A stretch of 64,000 bases of DNA from Eledone cirrhosa (GCA_964016885.1 CAXHJY010000133.1:288041-352040), one strand, 5' to 3'. Shown: positions 28,431 through 45,429, counted from the first letter of the stretch. Numbers and translations: made by a program. The notes: generated by a model not told the origin, from the letters alone.

Positions 28431-28541
28431 TTGCAACGCACATCATTGAAGGTTCAAATTATAAGTTCATTCAGGCGGGATTGTAGAATTAATGTTATTT
28501 CATTGTTAAGAAAAGATGTATATTGCATCGTTTTCTGTTCA

Positions 28542-28596
<55 letters not shown>

Positions 28597-30766
28597 GTGT
28601 GTGTACATATATATACACATGATTTGAACCTACAACGACTCCGTCTGCAATAGTGTCATACGTCATTCCAGCTTAGTACGACATACCCGTAAATAGTTAA
28701 ACGTGATTCCTATATATACATGCTAGTAAGATTTGAACCTATAATGCTGTGCTTTGCAGTAATGTCCCATATTATATTCAACAAATTTTAATTAAAATTT
28801 GTTGTTTTTTTTTTAAAGAAAGAACAGAAAACTTTATTGAAAGTAAGAAATTAATTTTATTCAGTAAAGTTGTTTTTATTTTGTGTTTTCACTTCATTAA
28901 CTGCTGAATTTTTTTTTCTTACCATTGTTTACTGTAAATGGCGACTGCGAAGAGATTGGATTATTACCAAAGTTATCTGGATGATGGCATTTCCTTATTG
29001 TATTATTTTGTTGACAGTGGACATCGTGACATCTCTCTAAATACCTGGGATAAACATAAGGTGTGTCTTTTACGTAACACTTCATTTTAATGTCTGATGT
29101 TCCAATGGATCACTTTTAAAATAAAACCAATAAACAACACTGGTAGACTCCATATAAGGAACCACAGAGATGAGGTACGAATAATCTAAAATTAATTTAA
29201 AAAAAACAATATTTAAAGAAAGACAAATATTAAAAAATGATTTCCAACAAACACATAAAGATAAAGACAATCACATCCATCCACAATTTAATATCTGAAG
29301 ATCAACATTTTTCACTATATAAATAAAACAAAATATGTAAAGTTAAGTGACCTCTGATTTATTTGCTCCTACCTTAATTTTACTAATCTGTATTCTGTAG
29401 ACATATATTTTCGTTGGTGTACATTACGATTTCGTTGATGAAATTTTCTTTCATATTTAGATCATTATTTCTTATAAAAGTTATAACATTTACCTCTTCC
29501 AAATAGATCTATATTTTAATTCTGGAATACTGTATTAACAATTATATTTTCATGTCCATATCATTAAGTATTAAGGTTGTTATGTGATATTTACAATACC
29601 GACTATAGATAAGGGGAAATGGGGAGGGGTAATTATTTAAACACAGCTAACCCCACACCCTCTGTATTTCGCTTACCCCAAGGTTTCCCAACATGGGCGA
29701 TTTCATATATACATACACACATATATATATATTTACACATATATCTACAAGCCAATGATTACAGAATCGGGCTAGATCGATACAGACCGAACCTTAAGCT
29801 GATCAATAGCGAAACGCGCGTCACCAACCAATAAACGTAATTAAGAAGTATCCATTTGTCCTTGTTTTAACATATATATATATATTTACTTCTACCTGGA
29901 GTTTCAACCGATAGATAGTATTAGCAATTGGAAAGACTAATGGAAACATTGTTTCCTCGCTCCGATTTGACGAACGTCGATATATATATATATATAAACA
30001 TACCCATACATTCATATTTACTCACTTCTATGTAAATATACATACATATATATTAAAAACACACACCATATACCATCATAATAACGATTGACTAACCATC
30101 AGGACACATGCTTGCTCATGTGAAAATTCTCACAGAGACATTTACGAAAACCGAACTTGCAACGCCACGTACACTTACATACACACACTTGTACATACAC
30201 ACACGTACAGAACAGGTACACATTATATAGGTATATCAAAGATTATATTCAGCTATAGCACCATTTGAGGTAGATAAAATGAAGTACGAAGTGTACTTCC
30301 TTTCCCCCACTCTCTTTTCTTCTCTGGAAAAATATCTCCTGTGATCAGATCTGGGGTAGAGATGGCATCTGTCAGTTTTTACAAAATACCCTAGACACTC
30401 CGAATATCATCGTGGGGCATCTAGGACTCTCTCACAAATTATAGGTTCCTATATACATACATAGCAACATCAGACAGATCTTTTAGTTAGATCTCTTTTA
30501 CTTGATGATGCAAAACAAGTGTTCAGTATCAGAAAGAAAGAAATATTTGAGATATGAAGGGAGAACGTCTCTGAAAAAATATTAGATAGTTAAGATGCTA
30601 CGTAAAGCAGGCGGTGACAACATCGAGGACCAGATGTGCCATGTGGAAATAGACATCGACATATATATACAAAGATAGGGGGACCTTATCATCATAGACA
30701 CTTGGGCTTATGAACACACACACACAAACATATATTTGTATATATACATGCCTACATACATATAAA

Positions 30767-31822
<1,056 letters not shown>

Positions 31823-31899
31823 TAACTTTGAATAACTTTGGCCAGTATTGGCCCAGGCCATGTCTAACTTAATAGCACCACCTGGCGAAGTCTTTCAAT

Positions 31900-34707
31900 T
31901 CAGGATTTGGGCACCATGGCCCATTCGAGAAGAGAATTACTGTTTGCGGAGACATATCCGGGTGTGGGTGGTTTGTCCGGGATTATTTGGAGGAATTTGT
32001 CCAAAGACTTCTTGAATTTTGTGTGGTCAGTTTCTGTTTTGACGTGTCCTGGTGTGATGTTGAAGAGAGCAGGGCCAATTGAGGTGAAATAATTGTGCCG
32101 TATTGTTGTTATGAGTTGCGATTTGGATTTTTGTATGGGACGGATAGCACGGGGCCCAAGCCTTGGGTGTATCTTGAAGGCGATGCCAACATCATTTGGG
32201 CAGTGATGATGGAACATTTTCCACATCATGCAGATAATATAACGCTCACGGCGACGTTGGAGTGAGTAAAGTTTCAGCTTTTCTAGTCGACCCCAGTAGT
32301 CAAGGTCTGACATGCCATCTATCTTTTTCGTGATTGCCATTTGAGGAGCTTCAAGTTTCATGATACTTTGTTTCGTGTGGGGAGACCACAGTGGACAACA
32401 GTATTCAAGGTGTGGTCGGGCAAAAGTAGAGAAGAGAAGGATAATGGTGTGAGAATCTCTCGACTGGAAGGTTCTGAGGATCCAGGAACACATTCTGCGG
32501 GCCATGTCAACTTTGCTGCTTATATGCGTGGCCCAGCTTATGTTGCTGTCCACGGTTACTCCCAAGTCTCTGATGTTGTTAGATGCCACGAGAGTTTCCC
32601 CGGAGGGAAGGGAGTACGGGAGTTTCAGAGCATCCTCTTTTCCAAAGTGGATCAGTTCGAATTTGTCTTCGTTCAGTAACATGTTGTTCTTTTCCGCCCA
32701 TTGGGTAACAGCCAGTAGGTCTGACTGAAGGCTTATCCGGTCATCCACGCCATTGATGACCTTTTGGAGCTTGGAATCATCAGCGAAAATTTTAATGTTG
32801 CTGTGTTTGATGATGTCAGTGATGTCATTAATATAGATGATGAAGAGAAGTGGGCCCAACACAGTGCCTTGTGGGACCCCACTACTGACTTTGGCTGGGC
32901 TGGATTTGACTCCTTCAACTACAACATGTTGGGTTCTGTTTGACAGGAAGCTCTTGATCCACTGCAGCAGCTTTCCAGTGACACCAATATTGGACAGTTT
33001 TCTCAGTAGAATGTTATGATCAACCCTGTCAAAGGCCTTGCTGAAATCAAGGTAGATAATATCAGTGTTGGAACCCTCTCCCAAGGCTCTCAAAATGTCA
33101 TCAAAGTGATGCAGTAGCTGCGTCAGGCAATCCCTTCCATTACGGAATCCATGCTGGTTGGAGTTCAGCATATTGTTACTCTCAAGGAAGTGGGTCATTC
33201 GCGATCTCACCACTCTCTCAAATACCTTAATGATATGAGAGGTGAGTGAGATTGGACGGTAATTCACGGCAAGGGATTTGTTTCCTTTTTTGAAAACTGG
33301 GACAACAGACTGGGATAGAAGGTTTTCTGGCACATATCCAGCATCCAGTGAGTTCCGCCACAGATTAGCAAGAGGAGATGCAAGTTGGTGTTGACACGCC
33401 TGCAAGACACAAGCAGGGAACCTATCGGGACCTACTGCTGAATTATGCTTGATTTCCTTTATTGCCGCTAAGACATCAGGGGCGCCAAACGTTATGTCCG
33501 ATAAGGTGTAATGGGGAGTAACATCGCCGATACAGCCCAGATCGGCCATATCAGGATTGCTGAAAACAGAGCAGTATTGTTTCTGCAGTATCTCACCCAT
33601 GGTTTTAGCATTGTCTTGAAGAGTGCCATTTTCATCAATTAGAGGGCCAACAGTAGAGCCAGTGATTTTGTGTTTTTTTGCAAATGAAAAGAACACTTTG
33701 GGATTGAGTTTGATCTTCTCAATGGCCCAGGCCTCTTCAGCTCTTCTCTGATTGTTGATGAGAGACATTATGTTGTTTTGGAGGTTATGTTTTTTAATCT
33801 CTAGTGATGAAATGGCAGTCAAGTTGATGTGTTGCTGCTGACAGTATTTCAGCTTGTTGATTTTTTTGTTCGTTCTCTTAATTTTTCTGATGAGCGTTTT
33901 TCTATTTCTAGGGATTCTGCTCTTAGATTTGTTTATAGTTCTTAATGGGGTGTGTTTTGCACATATGTTTGTAACAGTGTCCACAAATGTCTGCCAGGAC
34001 TTTTTGATGTTAGTGGGTGTATGAGTGTGCGCGAAGGACCAGTCGACATGTGCAAGATCATGACTGATCGCTTCCCAGTTTGCATTGTGGAAATCCATAG
34101 CGTCAAACGGATGGACAGGAGAGATGACATTGGGTTTGTATATTGGACGGTGGAATCTCAGATCACAGAGAACCATGTCATGATCAGAGAGTAGAGTTTT
34201 CTCCACTGCAATATTGTGGATATTGTCAGTGTGATTGCTGAAAATTAAGTCTAGGACGTTTTTGTGGCACCTCGTTGGTTCGAGCACCAGTTGGGATAGG
34301 AAGAAATCACCCATGAAGTCAAGAAGCGATTCCACTGCTTCCCTGTCAGAGGTTGAGGCAGAAGAACCTGGTGGCAGGCTGTTTGTGGACCAGTCAACTC
34401 CGGGGAGGTTGAAGTCCCCCATCATTAAGATGTTGTCAGGGCGACACTCTTGGATGAAACACTTTATGCTGTTGAGGCATTCCTTGAAGCATGGTACAGG
34501 CGTTTGGGGTGGCCTATAGAGCCCAACTACTATTAGGTTGTTGGTTTGACTGAATACAGTGACTGCTTCGCAGTATCCATTAGTGAATATGTTCATAGCC
34601 TCTGTTGAGAAAGAATTATGGACATAAATGGCAGTCCCGCCCTTTCTTCTGCCAGCGCGATCAGCACGGATGGCTTTGAAATTTTTCACTTTCACCTCGG
34701 CTTCCAA
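31900..34707 (-). CDS. LINE ORF2 (AP endonuclease + reverse transcriptase); true N-terminus at ~34700-34919 is separated by one frameshift
   Basis: YRPP, GDFN, SDH; YRPISLTS, LDFSKAFD, GVPQGTVLGP, FADD; upstream frame has LNAQG and TETHL. Confidence 0.92.
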   Translation of the reverse strand: MEAEVKVKNFKAIRADRAGRRKGGTAIYVHNSFSTEAMNIFTNGYCEAVTVFSQTNNLIVVGLYRPPQTPVPCFKECLNSIKCFIQECRPDNILMMGDFNLPGVDWSTNSLPPGSSASTSDREAVESLLDFMGDFFLSQLVLEPTRCHKNVLDLIFSNHTDNIHNIAVEKTLLSDHDMVLCDLRFHRPIYKPNVISPVHPFDAMDFHNANWEAISHDLAHVDWSFAHTHTPTNIKKSWQTFVDTVTNICAKHTPLRTINKSKSRIPRNRKTLIRKIKRTNKKINKLKYCQQQHINLTAISSLEIKKHNLQNNIMSLINNQRRAEEAWAIEKIKLNPKVFFSFAKKHKITGSTVGPLIDENGTLQDNAKTMGEILQKQYCSVFSNPDMADLGCIGDVTPHYTLSDITFGAPDVLAAIKEIKHNSAVGPDRFPACVLQACQHQLASPLANLWRNSLDAGYVPENLLSQSVVPVFKKGNKSLAVNYRPISLTSHIIKVFERVVRSRMTHFLESNNMLNSNQHGFRNGRDCLTQLLHHFDDILRALGEGSNTDIIYLDFSKAFDRVDHNILLRKLSNIGVTGKLLQWIKSFLSNRTQHVVVEGVKSSPAKVSSGVPQGTVLGPLLFIIYINDITDIIKHSNIKIFADDSKLQKVINGVDDRISLQSDLLAVTQWAEKNNMLLNEDKFELIHFGKEDALKLPYSLPSGETLVASNNIRDLGVTVDSNISWATHISSKVDMARRMCSWILRTFQSRDSHTIILLFSTFARPHLEYCCPLWSPHTKQSIMKLEAPQMAITKKIDGMSDLDYWGRLEKLKLYSLQRRRERYIICMMWKMFHHHCPNDVGIAFKIHPRLGPRAIRPIQKSKSQLITTIRHNYFTSIGPALFNITPGHVKTETDHTKFKKSLDKFLQIIPDKPPTPGYVSANSNSLLEWAMVPKS

Positions 34708-34906
34708 GTGGAGGTACTGAGATGGGTTTCAGTGAGGACGAAGAAAGGGATGTGGTTTGGATGGACATCAATCCAGTCCTCCAGGAATTTGATATTCCAT
34801 TTTTGAGTATTGGTGGAAGGGCTGATGCCTTGGGCGTTAAGCAAAAATGTAGAGGCGAGAGTGGATGGTTTTAATTGTTTTGGTGTGTTGTTAATTTGTT
34901 TGTTTG

Positions 34907-35620
34907 TTAATGGCAGCAATGGGAGTTTGTGCAGTGGGGTGATAGTGGAGGGTGGTGCTGGGTGATAGCTCGAATGTTTTTTTCCAGTTCTTTTGCCAGA
35001 TTCATTATGGCTAAAAAAGAGGAAGAAGTTTCCTGTTTAGAAGACTGTTGGTGACTGTGGTAGTGGTTATTTTTATGTAGGTTATGGTTTTTGTTTTTGC
35101 TTTTATTTTTAATTTTATTTTCATTTGTCCGACGGGTCCCCAGGAGATGGGTAAAGGGACAATCCCGGTCTAAACACAATCTGTCTCGCAGGGAAAAGCG
35201 GCAGATTTGTGGATTCCTTGTTTGAGTTATTGGTGGTTGTGTTGGTGTTAAATTAGAGTATGTATTATGGTGGGGGCTGTTTGTGGGGATAGACCGTTTT
35301 GTCCTAGGTAAATGGGTGAATTTGCAGCCACTATCCGTACATATTCTATAGCGTAGAGAGTAGCGGCAAATGATGGGGTTTCGAGTGGGTGGGTATGTGG
35401 GTGTGTGTGTTGTGAGAGGTGTAGATGATGGTTTGAGTAGGATTTGACGACCTTTGTGGACTGTGGGAGGGAGAGTTCTTGTACTGGTATTAGAAGGTAA
35501 ATTCCTTGAGATAGCAGTAGGCAAAGATGTTGTAGTAGTAGTAGGCAGAGAAGAAGATGTTGGCAGTGGTGAAGATTGGACTGCTGGGCCAGAGAAAGGA
35601 TGTGGTGTTTCCTGCTGTGA
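34907..35620 (-). CDS. LINE ORF1 C-terminal part with two CCCH zinc fingers
   Basis: [19 protein letters not shown] and [19 protein letters not shown]; the track's start codon lies in (TA)n and is spurious. Confidence 0.75.
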   Translation of the reverse strand, partial: SQQETPHPFSGPAVQSSPLPTSSSLPTTTTTSLPTAISRNLPSNTSTRTLPPTVHKGRQILLKPSSTPLTTHTPTYPPTRNPIICRYSLRYRICTDSGCKFTHLPRTKRSIPTNSPHHNTYSNLTPTQPPITQTRNPQICRFSLRDRLCLDRDCPFTHLLGTRRTNENKIKNKSKNKNHNLHKNNHYHSHQQSSKQETSSSFLAIMNLAKELEKNIRAITQHHPPLSPHCTNSHCCH

Positions 35621-35691
35621 GATATATATATGTATATACATATACATATATATATATATATATTATGTATATATATATATATGTATATGTA

Positions 35692-35761
<70 letters not shown>

Positions 35762-35792
35762 CATATATATATATATATATATATGTATATAC

Positions 35793-35833
<41 letters not shown>

Positions 35834-35913
35834 GTATATATATATATGTATATATATATGTATATACATATATATATATATATATTATGTATATATATAT
35901 GTATATATATATG

Positions 35914-35946
<33 letters not shown>

Positions 35947-35976
35947 GTATATATGTATATATATAGTATATATATG

Positions 35977-36009
<33 letters not shown>

Positions 36010-36070
36010 GTATATATATATGTATATATATATATACATATATAACACAACAGGAGGAAAAAATATAACA

Positions 36071-36110
36071 CCACTGACGATGTTGCAGATTTGCAACGAA
36101 AGATTTATGT
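36071..36110 (+). ncRNA. Minimal hammerhead ribozyme (family H)
   Basis: CA-CTGACGA-T-GTTGCA(GATT)TGCAAC-GAAA-GATT-TA-TG; strong stem II, weak stem I. Confidence 0.55.
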
Positions 36111-36450
36111 AAATTATGTAAACTATATATATGTGTTTGTGTCTATATTGTATTTGTATTATTTTTGACCGTCGGTCAGTCAATGGCAACATTGAGGACC
36201 GATTAAGTTAGATCGCAGATATAAAAGACAGCGAGAAGCGAAAACCAACCAAACAGTGAGTGTGTTCTGTTATTAATTCTGGCAATATTACACAAGTATG
36301 ACCCTCCCCAAGTATAACAATATATATATATTTCGTTTCTGAATTTGTTTAGCAAGATTCTTTATCTGAAATCGTGTGTTGAAACCGATATTGTTATACT
36401 TTGGGTGCGTGTGTTTCTTACTGGCAACATGACCCTCCCAAAGTATAACA

Positions 36451-36488
<38 letters not shown>

Positions 36489-36519
36489 GTGTATATATAT
36501 ATATATATGTATATATACG

Positions 36520-36572
<53 letters not shown>

Positions 36573-36582
36573 GTATATATAT

Positions 36583-36639
<57 letters not shown>

Positions 36640-36726
36640 GTATATATATATATATGTATATATGTATATATATGTATATATGTATATATATGTATATATA
36701 TATATATGTATATATGTATATATATG

Positions 36727-36792
<66 letters not shown>

Positions 36793-36825
36793 TATATGTA
36801 TATGTATATATATACGTATATATAT

Positions 36826-36857
<32 letters not shown>

Positions 36858-37006
36858 GTATATGTATATATATATAAATGTATATATATATATATAAATG
36901 TATATATATACATATATATGTATGTATATATACATATATATGTATATATATATACATATATATGTATATATATATATATGTATATATGTATATATATATA
37001 TATGTA

Positions 37007-37083
<77 letters not shown>

Positions 37084-37131
37084 GTATATATATATATGTC
37101 TATATGTATATGTATATATATATGTATATAT

Positions 37132-37169
<38 letters not shown>

Positions 37170-37208
37170 ATATATATATGTGTATATATATATATATATG
37201 TATATATG

Positions 37209-37239
<31 letters not shown>

Positions 37240-37284
37240 GTATATATATATATATATGTATATATATATGTATATATATATATG

Positions 37285-37316
<32 letters not shown>

Positions 37317-37328
37317 TATATATATATG

Positions 37329-37359
<31 letters not shown>

Positions 37360-37539
37360 GTATATATATATATGTATATGTATATATATATGTATATGTA
37401 TATATATGTATATATATATATATATATGTGTATATATATATATGTATATGTATATGTATATATATATGTATATATATATACATATGTATATGTATATATA
37501 TATATATGTATATATATATATGTACATATGTATATGTAT

Positions 37540-37573
<34 letters not shown>

Positions 37574-37642
37574 ATGTATATAGATATATATATATATATG
37601 TATATACATATATATATATATGTATATATATATATGTATATG

Positions 37643-37693
<51 letters not shown>

Positions 37694-37696
37694 GTA

Positions 37697-37751
<55 letters not shown>

Positions 37752-37754
37752 GTA

Positions 37755-37795
<41 letters not shown>

Positions 37796-37804
37796 TTATA
37801 TGTA

Positions 37805-37843
<39 letters not shown>

Positions 37844-37846
37844 GTA

Positions 37847-37937
<91 letters not shown>

Positions 37938-37970
37938 TTATATATATATATATATATATATATGTACATT

Positions 37971-38029
<59 letters not shown>

Positions 38030-38040
38030 TATATATATAT

Positions 38041-38200
38041 ACATGGACACACTGGAAGAGGAAGACCAAGGTTAACATATGTTGATGCCCTAAGGACAGA
38101 CACTGGTCTGTTGGAGACGCAGGACATGGCAGCGATGATGAGGGACAGAGACCGCTGGAGAGAACTCGTCCATGGATCTCGGGAATTTTACCCGCCTTAG
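38041..38200 (+). mobile_element. RTE-clade LINE extreme 3' fragment
   Basis: [13 protein letters not shown]...[11 protein letters not shown], the typical RTE C-terminus. Confidence 0.75.
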
Positions 38201-38298
38201 ATAGATATATATGTATATTTATATATATATATATATGTATATTTATATATATATATATATATATATGTATATTTATATATATATATATATATATATAA

Positions 38299-38548
<250 letters not shown>

Positions 38549-38851
38549 TTATATATATATATATATATAGATATATATATATATATACATATATATGTAT
38601 ATATATATATATATATATAAATAAAAGGAGATGAAATCGAAAATGCAACTGGAGTCTTATTCTTTTAAAAAATATATATATTTATTTGGTTCCTTTACCG
38701 GTTTCGCAGTTCTTCTGCTTTTCAAAAGGTGAGTTGAGATGGAGGGTCTGTGGTTTTTCTCACATCAGATGTGAGGAGAAAACCGAGGAGAGGGATGAGG
38801 AGAAGGAAAAGGAAAAGGAAAAAGAGAGCACAAGCACGGACCTGAAAGAAA

Positions 38852-39451
38852 ATGATATACCCTCCGCCACAGGCAGGGAGGGCAGGCCGGGCAACCAACA
38901 AGCAAAGGGCAAAGGTGAAAAGCGAAATCACCTTCCGAAGGAGAACCAAGCGCAGAGGGACCAGTGGACAACTGTTCAAAGGAAGAACAGAAAGCAGTGA
39001 GACACTGGGAGCAAAACCCCAAGTAATGTGCAAGTTTTTCAAGAACGGGATTTGCTGGCATGGAGAGACAGGGATGGGATGCAGATTCACCCACCCTAGG
39101 TCTCAAACGAACTATGCCCATCCTACTCGCGCAACATGCCCCAGCCAAAGCCGAAATAAGCCGCTCCAGAAGTATGCTGATGTCGCGCGTGCCGCACCAA
39201 TAAGGAGAAGGCACGCACATGCCGACGAGATACAGATGGCAGCAGCAGAGCAGAAACATTTTTTAGTGATGGCAGAGAAGATTTTGGGACAGCTGACCTG
39301 GCTGCATCGTCTCCAGAGCCAGGGTCATCCACACCAGCACTCCAGACCACCACAGTTAAGGGACCCAGAGTGGCCGCCGCAGACACCAGACCAGGTGTCA
39401 TACCGACAGCCATTACTGGCACCCCAAAAGTCACACCAGTGCTGCTGCTGA
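38852..39451 (+). pseudogene. LINE ORF1 portion with a CCCH zinc finger
   Basis: CKFFKNGICWHGETGMGCRFTHP. Confidence 0.7.
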
Positions 39452-42392
39452 ATTTCAGAGGCCTGGTGAAACTCAGTAACATGAGTAAAATTTCCTACCT
39501 GGGAGACTTAGCCATAAGCAATCAAGCACTATGCATGGCACTAACCGAAACGCACCTGACAAGCAGTGTAGAAGATGCAGAAATACATATACCGAAATAT
39601 ACTGTATTTCGTTCGGACAGGAAGGAGAGAACTCATGGTGGGTTGCTCTGTATATCCGTGAAGATGTCACACCAATTGTACTGTTGACACATTCAAACTC
39701 AGTCTGTGACACACTGATAATACATATGAAGCAACTACAGACAGTAATATGTGTCACATATCGGCCGCCCGATGCCCCCAGTCATGAGAGTAAATTTGAG
39801 GATAGCCTAAGTAGGATAGAAGAGGTCCTTGACAAACTGGACCAGGGTCATAACATCCTACTGCTGGGAGACTTCAACCTACCAAAGATCAAATGGCCTG
39901 AGGGCCACCTCCTCCCTGGAATGACGTCAATAGAACAGAGACAGACGGAATCCCTGCTGGCCCTCACACACAGGTTGTTCATCGAGCAAGCAATACTCCT
40001 CTCAACAAGAGGCGAACATGTCTTGGACCTCTGTTTTACAAACAACGAAGTGCTCATCCACAATGTAAAGGTGACACCAACAATTCTCTCGGATCATAAC
40101 TTAGTAGAGCTAATGATATGTGGTCCAAGAGAACCAACAGAGACAAAACCACCAAGAAGCTCTGGGACGCTATCCAGCCTTAACTTCTACAAGGCTAACT
40201 GGAAAAAGATTAAGAGAGAAATCCGGAAGCAAACATGGAGTGAAAACACCACCACACAAGACACTAACACACAATTTCAACACTTCATGACAACGATACA
40301 CACTATATGCAAAAAGTTTGTCCCGGAGAAAGAGGCAAACAGACACAAAAATCTTATTCCCAGAGATAGGAAAATCCTTATGAGACGTAGAACTAAACTC
40401 TCAAACCAGTTGAATAGTCAACAAAACCAAAACAAGAAGGAATCCTATTTGAAACGTGCACTACTTGACACCGAGATTGCACTCAAGCTTTCACATGAGA
40501 ATGAGAGGTCAAAGAAAGAGAACAGGGCCATAGAAAACATTAAAACAAACCCTAAGGCCTTCTTTAAATTTGCAAAAGAAACTGCCTCAGTACACTGCAA
40601 GATTGGACCACTCTTCCACACGGACGGTTCATTAACCGAAAATCCCCAAGAGATATGTGAAATACTGAACGAACAGTACAAAAGTGTCTTCACATGTCCA
40701 CTGAGGCACATGCAAATAACGAAGCCAGAGGAGTTCTTTGATGCCACAACACTACATGAAGAAATGGCAACCATCAACCACATAGACATAACGGAGGAGG
40801 ATGTGGTGTACGCCATTGATGAAATTAGAACAGACTCGGCTGCTGGACCTGATGGATTCCCAGCAGTTCTCCTAAAAATATGTAAGCGGGCCTTAGCAAC
40901 TCCACTGAAGATGCTCTTCAGAAGCTCCTTGGCTAGCGGTGTACTACCCAGGGAGCTGAAAGAAGGCACAATATGCCCTATCCATAAAGGAGGTAGCAGA
41001 GCGGAGGCCAAAAACTATAGGCCAGTCTCCCTGACGTCGCATATCAGTAAGGTCATGGAGCGAGTCGTCAGAAAGAAACTGATCACTTTCCTCGAGGAAA
41101 ATGACCGCCTGACTAGCACGCAACATGGCTTCCGCTCAGGAAGAAGCTGCCTTACACAGTTGCTACATCACTACGACTGGGTACTAGACAGCTCACATGT
41201 GGACGTGATATATCTTGACTTTGCGAAGGCCTTTGACAAGGTCGACCACGGAATGATATGTCACAAACTACACGGACTCGGCATAACTGGAAAAGTAAGT
41301 GAGTGGCTGCATGGCTTCCTAAGGGACAGGCAGTCGCAGCAAATGGGGCCCTCTCGAGGGAAACACCGATAACAAGTGGGGTGCCCCAGGGGACAGTCCT
41401 GGGACCACTACTGTTTTTGGTGGCTCTCTCGGCATGCCCTCTGTGGTGCATGCAACAACATCCCTCACTAGCTATGCTGATGACACTAAGGTAGCACAGG
41501 CAATCAAAAAGCCGGCTGACGCTGCCCTTTTACAGCAGGATCTGGATGCCATATACAAATGGGCGGAAGAAAACAACATGCAGTTTAATGCTGGCAAATT
41601 CCAAGCCCTACAATACAAACCTCCAAACAAGCCTGCAAACACAAATATAGTGGAACACAACTACACAGACCAGGAGGGACCGATATCCGCGTATCAAAAT
41701 CGATACGAGACCTGGGCATAGACATGAGCGATGATGCATTTTTTCTTCACACATCATGAAAGTGGCGACAATGTGCAGACGACTCGCTGGCTGGATCTTG
41801 AGGACTTTCCGGACAAGAGATCGAGACACCATGGTGACACTATGGAGGACATTTGTCCTAAGCCGCCTGGACTACTGCTCCCAATTGTGGTCACCCCATA
41901 GTGTCAAACTAACCACGGAGCTTGAGGCAATCCAGCGAAGCTACACCAAGAGGATTGCCAAGATGAGGGAGACAAGCTACTGGGAGAGGCTGAAGGAACT
42001 GAACCTCTACTCTTTGGAGCGAAGACGTAGAGATACGCAGTGATCTACATGTGGAAAACCTGGAGGGAGTAGCACCAAACTTTGGCATTGGGAGCTGGAC
42101 CAACCGTCGAACAGGACGTCACTGTGTGGTGCCAAAGGTCCCGTCTTCCACATCCAGAATAAGGAGCAGGTATTGCAATAGCCTGGGATTCAAGGGCCCT
42201 CAACTCTTCAACAGGCTGCCGAGGGATCTGAGAGACTTGCATGACGTGGAGGTGGATGGCTTCAAGAAACATCTCGACACCTTGTTATCGAGGATCCCGG
42301 ATGAGCTCACAGCAAGACACGAGGGAAACATAAGGGCAGCAGCAACAAACTCCCTCTTACACCATTGGCCAACCTATACAGGCTGGAGATAA
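39420..42392 (+). pseudogene. LINE ORF2 (APE + RT), multiply frameshifted
   Basis: LNFRGL, TETHL, YRPP, GDFN, SDH, LDFAKAFD, GVPQGTVLGP and YADD spread over several ORF pieces. Confidence 0.92.
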
Positions 42393-42469
42393 AATGTGTA
42401 GCAACAAGAGCGGTGCCCCAGCATGGCCTCAGCCGGATGACTGAAACAGGTAAAAGAGTAAAAGAGTAA

Positions 42470-43020
<551 letters not shown>

Positions 43021-43041
43021 TATATATATATGTATATATGT

Positions 43042-43227
<186 letters not shown>

Positions 43228-43238
43228 GTATATATATA

Positions 43239-43281
<43 letters not shown>

Positions 43282-43282
43282 G

Positions 43283-43333
<51 letters not shown>

Positions 43334-43478
43334 GTATATATATATAAATATATGTATATATATATATATGTATATATATATGTGTATATATATATATGTA
43401 TATATAAATATATATGTATATATATATATATGTATATATATATATGTATATATATATATGTATATATAAATATATATG

Positions 43479-43509
<31 letters not shown>

Positions 43510-43591
43510 GTATATATAAATATATATGTATATATATATATATTTGTACATATATATGTATATGTATATATATATGTATATATATATGTAT

Positions 43592-44363
43592 ATTGGTAAA
43601 CGGAATAGAAAATGCTGACAAATTGTTCACAGTTGAAAAATGGTTTAATTAGGAATAAAAGAGTATTAGTGATTGTATGGGTTAGTATCCAGAATATCCC
43701 TGTGTTGAAAAAGGACCATAGAATGAACCAAATTCTACGATCACACGATATCATAAAGAGCAAAAGACAATCCAAGTCAATGAAAAACATCCTAACACAT
43801 GCCAAAGTACTGCCAACCACAACAACGAAACCCACAGTAAAAAAATGCGATAGACCCAACTGTGGCATTTGCATCAACCTAATAGAGGGTTCGGAATTCT
43901 ATTTCAAAGATGGACAACGTTTTATAGTAAAACACTATTTCACATGTGCATCGGAAAATCTAATATATGTATTAACTTGCTCAGGTTGTCGAGAACAATA
44001 CATAGGCCAGACCAAAAACAGCCTCCGCCAACGCATGACTGTCCATAGATCCCAAATTAAAATACGGGAATACAGGAAAATACCACTGAGTGAACACATT
44101 GATACCTGTGCCGCCCAAAATCATCCCAACTTCAGAATCTTTCCCCTCTACAAATTTAAAGATAATGCCACCCACACCCAGCGCATCAGCAAGGAATCTT
44201 ACTTCATTAACAAATACGGACCCCGTCTAAACACTTCTCCCTAAGACGAACCCACAACATACACACGTCAACATACATATCTACATCAGCACACATCTCT
44301 ACCCACATATAAACACAATGACATACGTAAACACACATGCTCTATGGTGCAACACAAAAAAAA

Positions 44364-44426
<63 letters not shown>

Positions 44427-44767
44427 ATATATGTGTGTGTATATATATATAGTGAATATCATTTCACACCTTTTATTGTTAAGATTTTTGATGTTCTATT
44501 AAGAGAACCGATTTTACTGAAAAAATCGAATAATGTACACCATTTTACCAGGGGGAAAAAATACTGGTCCCCCCCCACACACATATATACACACACACAT
44601 ACACACGCGTACATTAACATACAAAGAGACTTATACACACGCACATACACACACGCACTTCTCCGTATAAGACAAAAGCTAAAAAATATCTTTTGACATG
44701 CTAAAATACCCCCCATTGCTTTCAGACACATTCTTACTGACCATCCCTGCTACCACGAATTACTCTG

Positions 44768-44805
<38 letters not shown>

Positions 44806-45300
44806 ATCTTAATAGCCATTTGACACACATCCCTGCTAACCATTATCACAACATCGAACACCTTACTACTACTACACACACACACACACACACACATATT
44901 TGTCTTTTCTCAATCTTGGCGCAAAACCAATTTTTTATTCACATGACCTCTACCGACCAATCAAAATTGTTTTGACCACAAGAAATTTTGCAACACCAAA
45001 GTAACGCTGGAGCCACTTTTTTAACATAAAAACAGGTAGAATTCCCAAAACTAATCAGATCAGAGCAAACGACACGGACACTCTATCTCAAAATTATTTT
45101 TGAAAAGCATTTAGAAATGCGCAACCGGTAAAAACTTAAAAACTTAAAACCCATACAAAACTGAATACTAACCCATACAATTACTAATACTCTTTTATTC
45201 CTAATTAAACCATTTTTCAACTGTGAACAATTTGTCAGCATTTTCTATTCCGTTTACCAATATATAATAACTTGTGTGTTATACCTCTATTCTTTTAACT
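43592..45300 (+). mobile_element. 5'-truncated PLE family A copy with inverted terminal piece (43592-43688)
   Basis: ORF 43612-44244 is an inverted terminal piece fused to the linker and GIY-YIG; 3' region matches other A copies. Confidence 0.92.
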
Positions 45301-45307
45301 ATATATG

Positions 45308-45342
<35 letters not shown>

Positions 45343-45358
45343 GTATATATATATATGT

Positions 45359-45429
<71 letters not shown>

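Larger units (their letters stand above)
31824..35620 (-). mobile_element. APE-RT LINE of the CR1/L2/Jockey group, 5' end truncated within ORF1
   Basis: ORF1 with zinc fingers, ORF2, short 3' UTR with a CAAAGTTAT tandem tail; both ends in (TA)n. Confidence 0.92.

Noticed and set aside
29750-29830. GAAACGCGCGTC, a hammerhead-like 3' half with palindromic stem III
   Set aside because: No intact CUGANGA upstream (only CCAATGA) and no stem I; at most a relic
28660-30700. AT-rich non-repetitive stretch as a possible gene
   Set aside because: No credible ORF or exon structure visible
43612-43688. [11 protein letters not shown] as the true N-terminus of family A (also at 59107)
   Set aside because: Comes from the inverted terminal piece joined by microhomology
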